64,000 bases of DNA from the NCBI GenBank assembly GCA_964653005.1, contig CAZZAN010000002.1, positions 213,975-277,974 on the forward strand, given 5' to 3'. This stretch comes from an uncultured Dehalococcoidia bacterium. Its GTDB lineage: Bacteria > Chloroflexota > Dehalococcoidia > UBA6926. The position numbers and the translations under genes were made by a program. This document shows positions 15,036 to 23,966 of this stretch, in pieces (the first letter of the stretch is position 1; the number at the start of each line of letters is the position of its first letter). The notes below the pieces were generated by a model. That model did not search any database. It was not told the origin of the DNA and saw only the letters and a list, made by a program, of their open reading frames with translations.

Positions 15036-16322
15036 TCAGCGAACGCACCACATGGTTCTGTCTCCAGCTCCCCATGACCTTCGGCTAGGGAATACGTAAC
15101 TGGTCGCTCTTGTCGGGCACTGGGATTGGGCAATTCTAGCGAGCCTAGTGTCGCTCGGATAGCTCGCTGCTGCCGGGAAATCATACTTACCAACGATGAA
15201 TATAGAGTTCGAAGTGCTACATGGTGCGCCATTCAGCGTTATGGGATCCAGGCACCCACCAACCCTGGGGGCCGGGGTCGGTGTTCGCGTTGCAAACGGA
15301 GTTGATGTGGCTTGAGAAACACTGGTTGGGGCTCTAGCCGGGACGGGGGTGTCATCGGGCGCAGTAGCGAGTCTGCACAAAGAGCCAAGCAAGACTACGA
15401 TGCCAATCATAATGATGGTGCCAATTATGTTGGCTACACATCCACTGCCAGCACCTCTTGACGGAGACCCAACTCCACCGCTGTTAGGTGTCCTACCTAC
15501 ACGGCGTCCAATGTCCTCTGCGTATAGCCGCAACACTCTATTAGCTTCCCGCCCTGCGGCATCGACAACAGAATCGATAAAGCGCTTGTCACGAAGCACC
15601 TGTGGCGTAACCACACCCCCGTGCGCGCGAATAGACCTATTCACTGACTGCCTTATCGCTCCGTACGCGTGATTCCACGCCGGTCCCGGCAGGCTCTCTT
15701 GAATTCTCTGACGCCCCAAAGCGAAGCCGATGACAGCGGCAACGGAGCCGAGAATATTTACTGCAATGTCTACCGCAAAACTCTCGGTAAAGGTCTGTGC
15801 CCGTTCTGCTAGTGCGTGACGGTACGCCAATCTCGCCGATTCAAACTGCACGGCGCTCCAAGCGGCATCCAAAGCCGCCTGCCGTATTTCGGATTCACGC
15901 CTCCCTGTGAGCGCTAATTCCAGAGCAACTTCATAACCAGCGTGCCAAACACCAGTAGGGATGTCTTCAATTCGGCGGATTCTCTCGGCCCAGTGATTAG
16001 ACATGCGTGTCGCGATATTAAAACCTAGACTGAAAGCCATCTGGCCTAAGACCATAACCGCCATCGCCTTGGCGCGGTCTAGTTCTTCAGCTGACACTCC
16101 AAGAGTCTGGTGCGCCCGGTCATACGCCGCCCTTTGTTCATCATCCCGCAGAACTTCATACGCCTCGTTGATCTCCTGCATCCGATCAACGGCGTCCGGG
16201 CTCTTATTGACATCGGGGTGGAACTCTCGCGCCCGCTGACGAAACGCAGTGCGGATGTCCTCGAATGAGGCGTCCTCAGAGACGCCAAGAATCTCGTAGT
16301 ACGTCTGGTTCTGGGAGGTCAT
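15036..16322 (-). CDS. J-domain (DnaJ-like) membrane protein
   Basis: N-terminal J domain ([33 protein letters not shown], with HPD). A central helical region is followed by one TM segment ([20 protein letters not shown]) and a Pro/Thr/Cys-containing C-terminal tail. Confidence 0.8.
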   Translation of the reverse strand: MTSQNQTYYEILGVSEDASFEDIRTAFRQRAREFHPDVNKSPDAVDRMQEINEAYEVLRDDEQRAAYDRAHQTLGVSAEELDRAKAMAVMVLGQMAFSLGFNIATRMSNHWAERIRRIEDIPTGVWHAGYEVALELALTGRRESEIRQAALDAAWSAVQFESARLAYRHALAERAQTFTESFAVDIAVNILGSVAAVIGFALGRQRIQESLPGPAWNHAYGAIRQSVNRSIRAHGGVVTPQVLRDKRFIDSVVDAAGREANRVLRLYAEDIGRRVGRTPNSGGVGSPSRGAGSGCVANIIGTIIMIGIVVLLGSLCRLATAPDDTPVPARAPTSVSQATSTPFATRTPTPAPRVGGCLDPITLNGAPCSTSNSIFIVGKYDFPAAASYPSDTRLARIAQSQCPTRATSYVFPSRRSWGAGDRTMWCVR

Positions 16323-16353
16323 CTGTGAACGACCGGATACAGCGGATACTTAT

Positions 16354-17046
16354 CTATCGCCTGAAGAGTCCCCAGAGGCGGGACAGCCCGCCCTTGTTAT
16401 GAGTCTCTACTCCAGTCTCCTCAGCAGTTTTTGTTACGGCATTCACTGTGATGCTCAATGGGGCAATGGCTTCCGCAGCCTTTTGTGCCGCCATGGTCTT
16501 CATCGACTGGAAGAATTCGTCAACAATTATCTGGCCGTCCTGGAGCTCTTTGGCTTTCATTCTCCCTCCCAGCATTGCTCCGTCACGCGCGGCCTCAAAT
16601 ACGTCAACCCAAACGGATGCTTCCGGCATCCACGTGGAACGTGCAGCCCCAAGCTTTCTCCCTATCAGAGACGCCCAAGCTCCCAGGCTTGTGGCTGCAA
16701 GTTCTATCGCCAGTGACTGAACCATTCGGTCCGGGATTCTTAGGTGGAATTCCTCCCGGATTTGATCTCGTTGTGCTTTATCAGTCAAGAGTTCCGGTAA
16801 TTCCCGCGCGATTGCATCCACGACATTATCGATACTTCCATCAATAATGACCGATCGCAGAGCAATGTCATAAATGACAAACCAAATGTCATGGTTCTCC
16901 TCATCCAGGATAGCTCTGCCGGCAGGTGTCCCACCGGTGCGCGAGTTCATTTCGTGGCCCTGGCCGGTCGAGAACGCAAGTACCCCAAGCGCCGCCACAG
17001 CGTGTTGATGCGGGGTTATTCCAGTTTCGTCGCTATACGAATCCAT
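16354..17046 (-). CDS. hypothetical protein related to the central region of the J-domain protein
   Basis: 230-aa ORF with RBS AAGGAG. Segments AVAALGVLAFSTG and SLAIELAATSLGAWASLIGRKLG parallel [15 protein letters not shown] and [23 protein letters not shown] in the downstream protein. Confidence 0.6.
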   Translation of the reverse strand: MDSYSDETGITPHQHAVAALGVLAFSTGQGHEMNSRTGGTPAGRAILDEENHDIWFVIYDIALRSVIIDGSIDNVVDAIARELPELLTDKAQRDQIREEFHLRIPDRMVQSLAIELAATSLGAWASLIGRKLGAARSTWMPEASVWVDVFEAARDGAMLGGRMKAKELQDGQIIVDEFFQSMKTMAAQKAAEAIAPLSITVNAVTKTAEETGVETHNKGGLSRLWGLFRR

Positions 17047-17083
17047 CTTTCCCCGCTGCCTAATGAATCTCCTTGATTAACTA

Positions 17084-17298
17084 CTACCTCGGTAAGCCCA
17101 GCCCTCGTTGCGCGATGATGTTGCGCTGGATCTCCTTGGTGCCGCCCCCGAACGTCCTGCTCGTCGAGAGGTAGTGGTTCGCGCCGATGTAGCCGCCGAG
17201 CGGCGACCATCGAGCCGGGCCCGCGAGGAGGTGCTCTCGCTTTCCTTGTCGATGAGGAAATAGGGAATCCCACGGTGCTTGGCAAAGTCAATAAGCAT
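17084..17298 (-). pseudogene. acyl-CoA dehydrogenase remnant (internally deleted, frameshifted)
   Basis: The first frame gives MLIDFAKHRGIPYFLIDKES. A second frame gives GGYIGANHYLSTSRTFGGGTKEIQRNIIAQRGLGLPR*, a typical ACAD C-terminus. Confidence 0.6.
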
Positions 17299-17354
17299 GG
17301 GGCTACGTTAGCAGAATCGGACAGTTGGCTGTGGTAGGAGAGCGCTTAGCGAGT
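17296..17354. repeat. ~59-nt leader repeat, copy 2 (abuts the ATG of the ACAD remnant)
   Basis: About 80 percent identical to 4448-4506. Confidence 0.7.
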
Positions 17355-17423
17355 GACCACAACTCTAGAAAACACTATCCCCTGACGAATAACGCCGCCA
17401 CCTCCGCCCGACATGGAGACATC

Positions 17424-18195
17424 GGCCTCAAGTACCGTTGCAGGCCGTCGATGTGTGAGAGGCCCGCTCAGCTGCAATCGAGGTCGTTCAGGCCGTTGCA
17501 TGAAGGAATCAGGCCGTGCTCGGCAACCCGTCCGTCAATTCCCGCTGTTCGAGTCGGCTTGGCCGAGAGAGTACTCACAACCGTGATCCGCCTCTCGCCC
17601 CGGGGAGCGATGTTTCGGTGTTTGCGATGAGAATGGAGAGCAAGTCGATCCTCTCTCATCACTCGCCGCGGAGGGCGATGTCCCGTGTCTGCGAGCCGGC
17701 GACGGGGAAACGAGGTCTCGACCCGGCACTGACTCTCTCGCCGCGGGGGGGGCGATTGTTCCGTTCGACACGCCCTGGGGGAGAACTGAGCTCGATCCCT
17801 TCGGACGGTCAGGGTCGGGAACAACCCTCCAGGTTTCTGAGGCATGAAACGCTGGAAAAGCCTGATAACTCAGCCATTCTTCACGCGCGGCGCCTATGTG
17901 GCAAGAGTTTCTGGGCTTGCCGGCACGGATTGCTTGCTCTCGTTCGACTGTTTCTTGCAGGAGTTAGCGGACCGTGCCCAAGGGTCGTTCCCGCGTCGGG
18001 GCCACAGGCGGCAGTTGCCACCCGTTCGATGCCATCCCTCGCCCCTGTCACGCCCCGAACGTCGCCGCCCGTCTCACCCACCGCGGCAGCTTGCGACGAG
18101 GAAGCCGTCCGCGCACCATGCGCTCTCAGCAGGAACATCAGCGACGTCCCGTCGTCGGTCGCAGCGTTCTGTTCGTGATCTGTCATCAGAAAATC
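17424..18195. repeat. ~0.75-kb repeated element, copy 2 (about 70 nt longer, coding part decayed)
   Basis: Same conserved blocks and order as 13541-14290, in the same orientation. Confidence 0.7.
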
Positions 18196-18980
18196 GTCAT
18201 CCACCCATCACCGCCGTCCCAAGTCCGTTTTCGGTGTCGATCGTATCTACGCACTGGACACGCCCATCCGCCGGCGTCTTGGAAAAAACGGAGTCCCCAG
18301 ATTGGCCAACTGGACAGGTGACGTACACTTCGACCTAAACTCCAGATTCCCCAGATTGCTAGGCCTCCCACACCCGTTTTCCGCGTCACGACGCCGTAAA
18401 CAGCCGCTGCCTCTCCTTCCTCTTACACCCACAATCTCTGTACACCCCGCGGTCCCTGAAACACCGCCACGGGCAGCCGAAGGCACGAGGGAGGGATTTC
18501 AGCGGAACGACTCGGCAGCTGCGCACGATCTAAGGATCGCCCGCGTCGATTATCCCGGCAGTGAAAGAAACTCAATCCTTCCTTCCTGAGAGGTAAATCC
18601 GAGGGCGGCCAATGCCGACGCAATTCTCTCAATCGCCAGATACACCGACTTCAATCACAGGAGGGACTCAGCGCCGAACCCGAGATTCTTGCTGCGGTTA
18701 GCTGCGATAGCCCGTTTCACGCATCACGACGTGCTAAACACCACTTCAATCATCGATGCTCACAACCCTTAATCCCTGTACAGCCCCCGGACTGCACGAG
18801 GCCGAATTCGTGTTCAGCGTCTCCAGACTGCCCCAGCCGGAAGGTGCATACCATGTCCTGGAGGGGGGGCTCGTTGCCGGGCCTCCCAATGTACTTCGCC
18901 AATTGCGATCAACTCTGCCCACATCCCATACTTAGTGGAAAATCCGGCAATTCACTGCTGCCATCACGGAGGAGGCCAAG

Positions 18981-20729
18981 TTGTACCAGACCGGAGCGAC
19001 CATCAAGAACACACTCGACCAGATCCACCGGCATGACCTTGTGCTTCCCGCGATTCAACGTGAGTTCGTTTGGCAATCGGAGCAGATTTGTCGCTTGTTC
19101 GATAGCCTGATGCAGGGCTATCCCTTCGGCACTTTTCTCTTCTGGCGCGTTGAGGCTGAGAACAGTGAGAGTTTCAAGTTCTTCGACTTCGTCCTCGATT
19201 ATCACCAGCGTGACAACCCCCACTGCCCACCGCTCCCTCCGATTGTGAACCAGCGAGTAACCGCAGTACTCGATGGCCAACAACGGCTGACCGCGCTCAA
19301 CATCGGGTTGAGGGGTTCGTTGGCGAGAAAGCTACGCTACCGGTGGTGGAACAGTCCGGACGCATTCCCAAAGCGACGACTTTACCTGGATCTGCTCTGG
19401 CAGGCTGACCCGGACGATGAAGAGGGATTGGTCTATCGATTCAGTTTCCTCACAGACGAACAGGTCAGGGTGTCACAGCCCGGAGCGTGTTGGTATCCGG
19501 TCAGGGACATCCTCACTATGCGGGACGCCGGCCCCGCTATGACCGAGTGGCTCATTCCCAGGCTGCAACCAGATCAAGTACCTATCGCGCATAAGGCGCT
19601 TTTTGAACTCTACCAAGTCGTGCACCATAAGCCGTTGGTGGCCTACTACGAGGAATTGGGCCAGGAACTCGACAGAGCGCTGCAGATCTTCATTCGCATG
19701 AACGACGGTGGGACGCCGCTTTCTCACTCTGACCTGTTGTTGTCGATAGCCGTAGCCCAGTGGACCGACCACGATGCCCGTGACGAAATCAATGACTTGG
19801 TGGACGAACTGAATCGCGTTGGCAATGGGTTTACGTTTTCCAAGGACTTGGTTCTCAAAGCAGGGCTCATGCTGAGCGACATCGGCAGCGTCGGATTCAA
19901 GGTAGACAACTTCAATCGGGCCAACATGAGTACGTTTGAGAGCAAGTGGGAGGAGATCAAGCGCGCCCTTACGCTGACGGTTAGCCTCGTTTCGACATTT
20001 GGATTCTCAGCCAGCAATTTAACCGCTCATAACTCTATCCTACCCATCGCCTACTACCTCTTCCAGAGAGACCCCGGCGAGGCATACCTCACACACAACA
20101 GCTTTGAAGAGGACAGGAGAAACGTCCGGGAATGGCTTGTCAGGAGCCTTCTGAAGTCTGGTGTGTGGGGCAGTGGCTTGGACAGCCTGCTCACTGAGCT
20201 ACGGCGGATTGTCCGGGAGCACGGCGCCACGACCTTCCCGGTAACCGAGATCTACAGTGCTATGGCTTCAAGAGGTCGTGAGCTCACGTTCAACGATGAG
20301 GAGATTGAAGACTTGGCGGACATGAGGTACGGCGACCGACTAACGTTTGCCCTGCTGGCTACGCTCTTTCCGTTCGTCGACCTCCGCAATCAATTCCATG
20401 TGGATCACATTTTTCCTGCGGCGCGCTTCACGCGGCGCCAGTTGCTTGATGCGGGTGTACCAGAGGAGAAGATAGACACGTTCCTTGCCAATAGGGATCG
20501 TCTCGCCAATCTCCAGTTGCTCCAGGGCGCTATGAACACCGAAAAAAGCGCCAAGATGCCAGCCGCTTGGCTTGAGGAGACGTATCCTAATCAAGCAGCC
20601 AGAGACGGATACTCAGACAGCCATCTTCTCGGGGCTGTTCCTGACTCAATCGCAGAATTCGAAACCTTCTGCGCAGCAAGGCGCGAGCGGTTGAAGGAGA
20701 GGATCGCGGGGCTGCTGGGTAGGCCATGA
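18981..20729 (+). CDS. GmrSD/SspE-like DUF262 (ParB-like NTPase) + DUF1524-type HNH nuclease
   Basis: N-terminal IQREFVWQSEQICRLFDSLMQGYPFGTFLFW and LDGQQRLTAL. C-terminal FHVDHIFP...NLQLLQGAMNTEKS. TTG start after RBS GGAGGAGG. Confidence 0.85.
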   Translation: MYQTGATIKNTLDQIHRHDLVLPAIQREFVWQSEQICRLFDSLMQGYPFGTFLFWRVEAENSESFKFFDFVLDYHQRDNPHCPPLPPIVNQRVTAVLDGQQRLTALNIGLRGSLARKLRYRWWNSPDAFPKRRLYLDLLWQADPDDEEGLVYRFSFLTDEQVRVSQPGACWYPVRDILTMRDAGPAMTEWLIPRLQPDQVPIAHKALFELYQVVHHKPLVAYYEELGQELDRALQIFIRMNDGGTPLSHSDLLLSIAVAQWTDHDARDEINDLVDELNRVGNGFTFSKDLVLKAGLMLSDIGSVGFKVDNFNRANMSTFESKWEEIKRALTLTVSLVSTFGFSASNLTAHNSILPIAYYLFQRDPGEAYLTHNSFEEDRRNVREWLVRSLLKSGVWGSGLDSLLTELRRIVREHGATTFPVTEIYSAMASRGRELTFNDEEIEDLADMRYGDRLTFALLATLFPFVDLRNQFHVDHIFPAARFTRRQLLDAGVPEEKIDTFLANRDRLANLQLLQGAMNTEKSAKMPAAWLEETYPNQAARDGYSDSHLLGAVPDSIAEFETFCAARRERLKERIAGLLGRP

Positions 20730-20816
20730 ATTTGTTTGGCCCCGCTTCCTCGCGGGTTCAGCAATAACTCATGTGTCACGAAATGGCCTACGTGTTGGTG
20801 GCTTGCCAAATAGACA

Positions 20817-21068
20817 CTATTTGCCGAGACGCCGCTCCGGTTCGTCCCCTTGCAACGGCAGCCCCTGCGCACCTCCTTGGCAGTACGGACATTTCCGTTG
20901 CCAGATGTCGCTGCCGTTAGCTCCGTAGTTGACATCGCACTTGGGGCAGTGCATTACGTAGACGAACTGACCGTGGTCGGTGCCGGCTCTAGGGGGATCA
21001 GTCCGCCCAAAGTTAATCTGGCCTTTCCGGTTCTCGCGGCCCGCTTCAGTCCATCCTTTGCCAGCCAT
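20817..21068 (-). CDS. small zinc-ribbon protein
   Basis: 83-aa ORF with CPKC...(17 aa)...CPYC. Confidence 0.45.
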   Translation of the reverse strand: MAGKGWTEAGRENRKGQINFGRTDPPRAGTDHGQFVYVMHCPKCDVNYGANGSDIWQRKCPYCQGGAQGLPLQGDEPERRLGK

Positions 21069-21293
21069 TCAGTATTCCTTTAGTTCCGAGTACAAGACTG
21101 TGAGTTTGCCTCAGTCTACTGCCGGCCGTCGCCGCAAGCATCTGGAACGATCCGGCAAGCAAAAGTCTGCCTCTGGTAAGCACTTTCTCCAGCCATGCAC
21201 TCAGACCTCTTGACGCCTCTCGTATAGTTATGACAAGTATCGATGAGGTCTAATTTTCCTCGCCATCACCTGCGAATCGAAGGAGGTCCAACA

Positions 21294-22949
21294 ATGACAG
21301 CAAAACACGAAAAAGAAGCACATACAGCCGTGGCGCTCTATGCTCGCGTCTCCAGTGACCGCCAGGATGTCGATCTGTCTGTCGCTGCTCAGTTGCGGGC
21401 GCTGCGGGACTATGCCAACAAGAACGGCTATCTCATCGCCCGGGAGTACATCGACGAAGCGGAGAGCGGCCGTATCGCCGACCGGCCCCAGTTCCGCAAG
21501 ATGATCGATGCCGCCACCGCGACGGACGCGCCCTTCAGGGAGATCCTTGTCTGGAAATTCTCGCGGTTCACCCGCAAGCGCGAGCACGCCGTCGCCTTCA
21601 AGTCCATGCTTCGTCGCAAGGGTGTCCGTGTCGTCTCCATCACCGAACACGCCGACGACACGCCGACCGGCAAGCTCATGGAGGCCATCATCGAGAGCGT
21701 CGATGAGTTCTACTCGGAGAACCTCGCGCAAGAGGTCACGCGCGGCATGCGTGAGGCCGCCTCACGCGGCTTCTGGGTGACGTCCGGCTCTCCCTTCGGG
21801 TATCAGCGAGTCTACATCCAGGACGGGGCGAAGAAGCGCCCACGTCTGGAGCTCGATCCGCCTGCCGATGCCGTCGTCCGCCGCATTTTCGACATGGTGC
21901 TCACGGGGCAGTCCCTCATGGACGTGACCAAGACCCTCAACGCAGAGGGCGTCGCCACATCGACAAGTAAGAAGTGGCGCATCACGTCCGTCCACAAGAT
22001 CCTCGTCAACGAGGCATATACCGGGACTCTCGTCTGGGGCACCAATGCCAAGGACGGCTCACCACCGGTCCGCGTAGAAAACGCCTTCCCTGCCATCGTC
22101 AACGTGCGGGAGTTCCGGCGCGTCGGGAGACTGCTCGCGGCCCGTTCACCAAAGACAGTCCATCCCCGCCGCGCGTCTAGCCCGTACTTGCTCAGCGGGC
22201 TCGCCATGTGCGCCCTGTGCGGCAAGATGCTCACGGCCGCCGAGGCCAAGAGCGGCAAGTACACCTACTATGTCTGCCAGTCCATCCTCAAGTCAGGCAG
22301 CGGCTCGTGCGAGACGCCGCGCATCAATGCCAAGTCGTTTGAGGAGACGATCATCCGCAACCTCCGCGAGAACGTCCTCAGCGAGGGGAACATTCGCGGC
22401 CTTGTCCAAGCCCTCGATGAGGAGATGGATGGACTCGCGCACGAGCAGCGCGGGCGATTGGAATCCATCGAGAGCGAGCTGGAGGACGTGAAGCGACGGC
22501 TGGCGCGCATCTGGAACATCATCGAGACCACGGACATGGAGATGGCCGACGCCGCCGAGCGCGTCAGGGAACTCCGAGAATGGAAGGAAAAGCTGGAGCA
22601 GGCTGCTGACGAGGCTCGGGCAGTGGTGGCGGAGCGGAGGGCGTTTCTGGATCGGGCGGAGACCATCGCGGCCTTCGCCGCCGACATGAGCGAATTTCTA
22701 CGCACCAGCCAACTGACCGAGACGCGATCATTCATCCGCTCGTTCGTCAACGAGATTCAGATCGGGCCCGGCAAGGCATCCATCGTCTACACGATTCCGA
22801 TGCCGGAGGACAGTCCCATAGGCCCGGCAGATAGCTCTGAACTCGCACTGAGTGGTGAAGTTCGCAGTACTTTCCGGGGTGGTGGGCCGCCCGGGGGTCG
22901 AACCCGGAACCTTGGGATTAAAAGTCCCCTGCTCTGCCGATTGAGCTAA
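21294..22949 (+). CDS. large serine recombinase (integrase)
   Basis: Resolvase catalytic domain VALYARVSSDRQDV. Also a recombinase domain, Cys-rich zinc ribbon (CALCGKML...YYVCQS...GSC) and a coiled-coil region. RBS GGAGG before ATG 21294. The last ~23 codons overlap tRNA-Lys antisense. Confidence 0.85.
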   Translation: MTAKHEKEAHTAVALYARVSSDRQDVDLSVAAQLRALRDYANKNGYLIAREYIDEAESGRIADRPQFRKMIDAATATDAPFREILVWKFSRFTRKREHAVAFKSMLRRKGVRVVSITEHADDTPTGKLMEAIIESVDEFYSENLAQEVTRGMREAASRGFWVTSGSPFGYQRVYIQDGAKKRPRLELDPPADAVVRRIFDMVLTGQSLMDVTKTLNAEGVATSTSKKWRITSVHKILVNEAYTGTLVWGTNAKDGSPPVRVENAFPAIVNVREFRRVGRLLAARSPKTVHPRRASSPYLLSGLAMCALCGKMLTAAEAKSGKYTYYVCQSILKSGSGSCETPRINAKSFEETIIRNLRENVLSEGNIRGLVQALDEEMDGLAHEQRGRLESIESELEDVKRRLARIWNIIETTDMEMADAAERVRELREWKEKLEQAADEARAVVAERRAFLDRAETIAAFAADMSEFLRTSQLTETRSFIRSFVNEIQIGPGKASIVYTIPMPEDSPIGPADSSELALSGEVRSTFRGGGPPGGRTRNLGIKSPLLCRLS

Positions 22950-22955
22950 CGGCCC
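22880..22955 (-). tRNA. tRNA-Lys (anticodon UUU)
   Basis: 76-nt cloverleaf: acceptor GGGCCGT/GCGGCCC, D arm GCTC/GAGC, anticodon loop CTTTTAA, T arm CCGGG-TTCGACC-CCCGG, encoded CCA. Close to the E. coli lysT layout. Confidence 0.9.
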
Positions 22956-23049
22956 GCACGTCCATCCATGATACGGGGTGATTGTCTCGCGCCCTAGTCT
23001 TCCCCCACGATGGGGGGCGTTACGAGGTCCGGCTGCAGTCCGAGTTGCA

Positions 23050-23075
23050 GATTCCCGCTTTCGCGGGAATGACGG
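23050..23075. repeat. hairpin repeat family C (GATTCCCGC-TTTC-GCGGGAATGACGG)
   Basis: Stem-loop followed by a GAATGAC tail, shared with 30081, 33024, 51769 and 63190. Confidence 0.7.
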
Positions 23076-23082
23076 TGCAGGG

Positions 23083-23775
23083 TTAGGGGGTGTAGGTCTG
23101 TGTCTGGTGGGGGGAGGGGCCGATTTTGTCCGGCGGCCAGTATGTGAGCAGGGCCTTGCCGACAATGTCATCGCGTCCAATCGTTCCCCACTGGCGGGAA
23201 TCCTGACTGGAGCGGCGGTTGTCGCCCATGACAAAGTATTCGTCTTCGCCAAGCGTGACATCCTGTCCTCTCGTCCGTTGGTCATCGGACAGCCACGTTT
23301 CAGCGATCTCCACGCCGTTGACACGTATCGGGCCGCCGCGGCTGTCAAACTCGATGGTGTCTCCGGGGAGTCCGACAATGCGCTTGATCAGGTCAAGGTT
23401 GTCGCCTTCCGGTGAGTTGAGGACAATCACCTCGCCCCGCTCAGGCGGGTGGAACAGGTAGACGTCGTCGCCATCCGGCAGATCGAAGAACGGCACGAGG
23501 TTATCCACGCTTTCCCTGTTGAGGCTGAAGTAGACGGCCTTGTTGACGATGATGAGTTCGTTGTCTTCGATGGACGGCGCCATGCTGCCGCCGGTGACGA
23601 CGTAGTTCTGGACGAGCGCCTGCACGATGAGAAAGAGGAGCACAGCAAGGCCCAGGGTCTCCGCTATGTCCAGGAGGGAGCGGCGGACAGGGTGCTCATC
23701 CGGGAGCGCAAGGACTCCCTCCGGCAGGTAATCGTCCTGCGGATCGTCGGTGGGAGTTACCGGCACATATCTCAT
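23083..23775 (-). CDS. lepB: signal peptidase I
   Basis: GGSMAPSI catalytic Ser box, an N-terminal TM segment, and GDNRRSSQDSRQWG. Confidence 0.85.
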   Translation of the reverse strand: MRYVPVTPTDDPQDDYLPEGVLALPDEHPVRRSLLDIAETLGLAVLLFLIVQALVQNYVVTGGSMAPSIEDNELIIVNKAVYFSLNRESVDNLVPFFDLPDGDDVYLFHPPERGEVIVLNSPEGDNLDLIKRIVGLPGDTIEFDSRGGPIRVNGVEIAETWLSDDQRTRGQDVTLGEDEYFVMGDNRRSSQDSRQWGTIGRDDIVGKALLTYWPPDKIGPSPHQTQTYTP

Positions 23776-23810
23776 GGGTGTTCGTCCATTATAGGTTCGG
23801 CGTTGTTATG

Positions 23811-23845
23811 CCCGTTCACCCTTCGACAAGCTCAGGGCGAACGGG
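23811..23845. repeat. hairpin repeat family A (CCGTTCACCCTTCGACAGGCTCAGGGTGAACGG type)
   Basis: cccgttcaccct tcgacaagctc agggcgaacggg. Confidence 0.75.
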
Positions 23846-23966
23846 GCGGCGCTTAGGTGAATACGGGGCGGTGCTATCTCGGTGCGGGGGCGGCGCGTTT
23901 CCTGCATCATGGAGAGGCAGCGTGCTTCCGAGGCGCGCGGTGTTTGAGGCGCAAGGAGAACCCCCC

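Larger units (their letters stand above)
265..22879. mobile_element. putative integrated genomic (defence) island adjacent to tRNA-Lys; left border uncertain
   Basis: Serine recombinase sits at the tRNA-proximal end. Content is RM, ATPase, helicase, DndB-like and GmrSD genes plus pseudogene scars and long non-coding stretches. Several segments look less GC-rich by eye than the core. Confidence 0.5.

Noticed and set aside
18215-18900. Possible CRISPR array (recurring CCCGTTT..CACGACG..TAAACA units)
   Set aside because: Only 2-3 copies, strongly diverged, with irregular spacing (about 150 and 338 nt). Unit length is not CRISPR-like and there are no cas genes in the window.
21069-21293. Sigma70-type promoter for the recombinase around TTGACG (about 21211)
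   Set aside because: No -10-like hexamer at a 16-19 nt spacing; not supportable by eye.
23778-23966. N-terminal extension of the SIMPL/DUF541 gene
   Set aside because: The extension runs through a family A hairpin repeat and abuts the divergent lepB start. ATG 23967 gives a proper lipoprotein signal.
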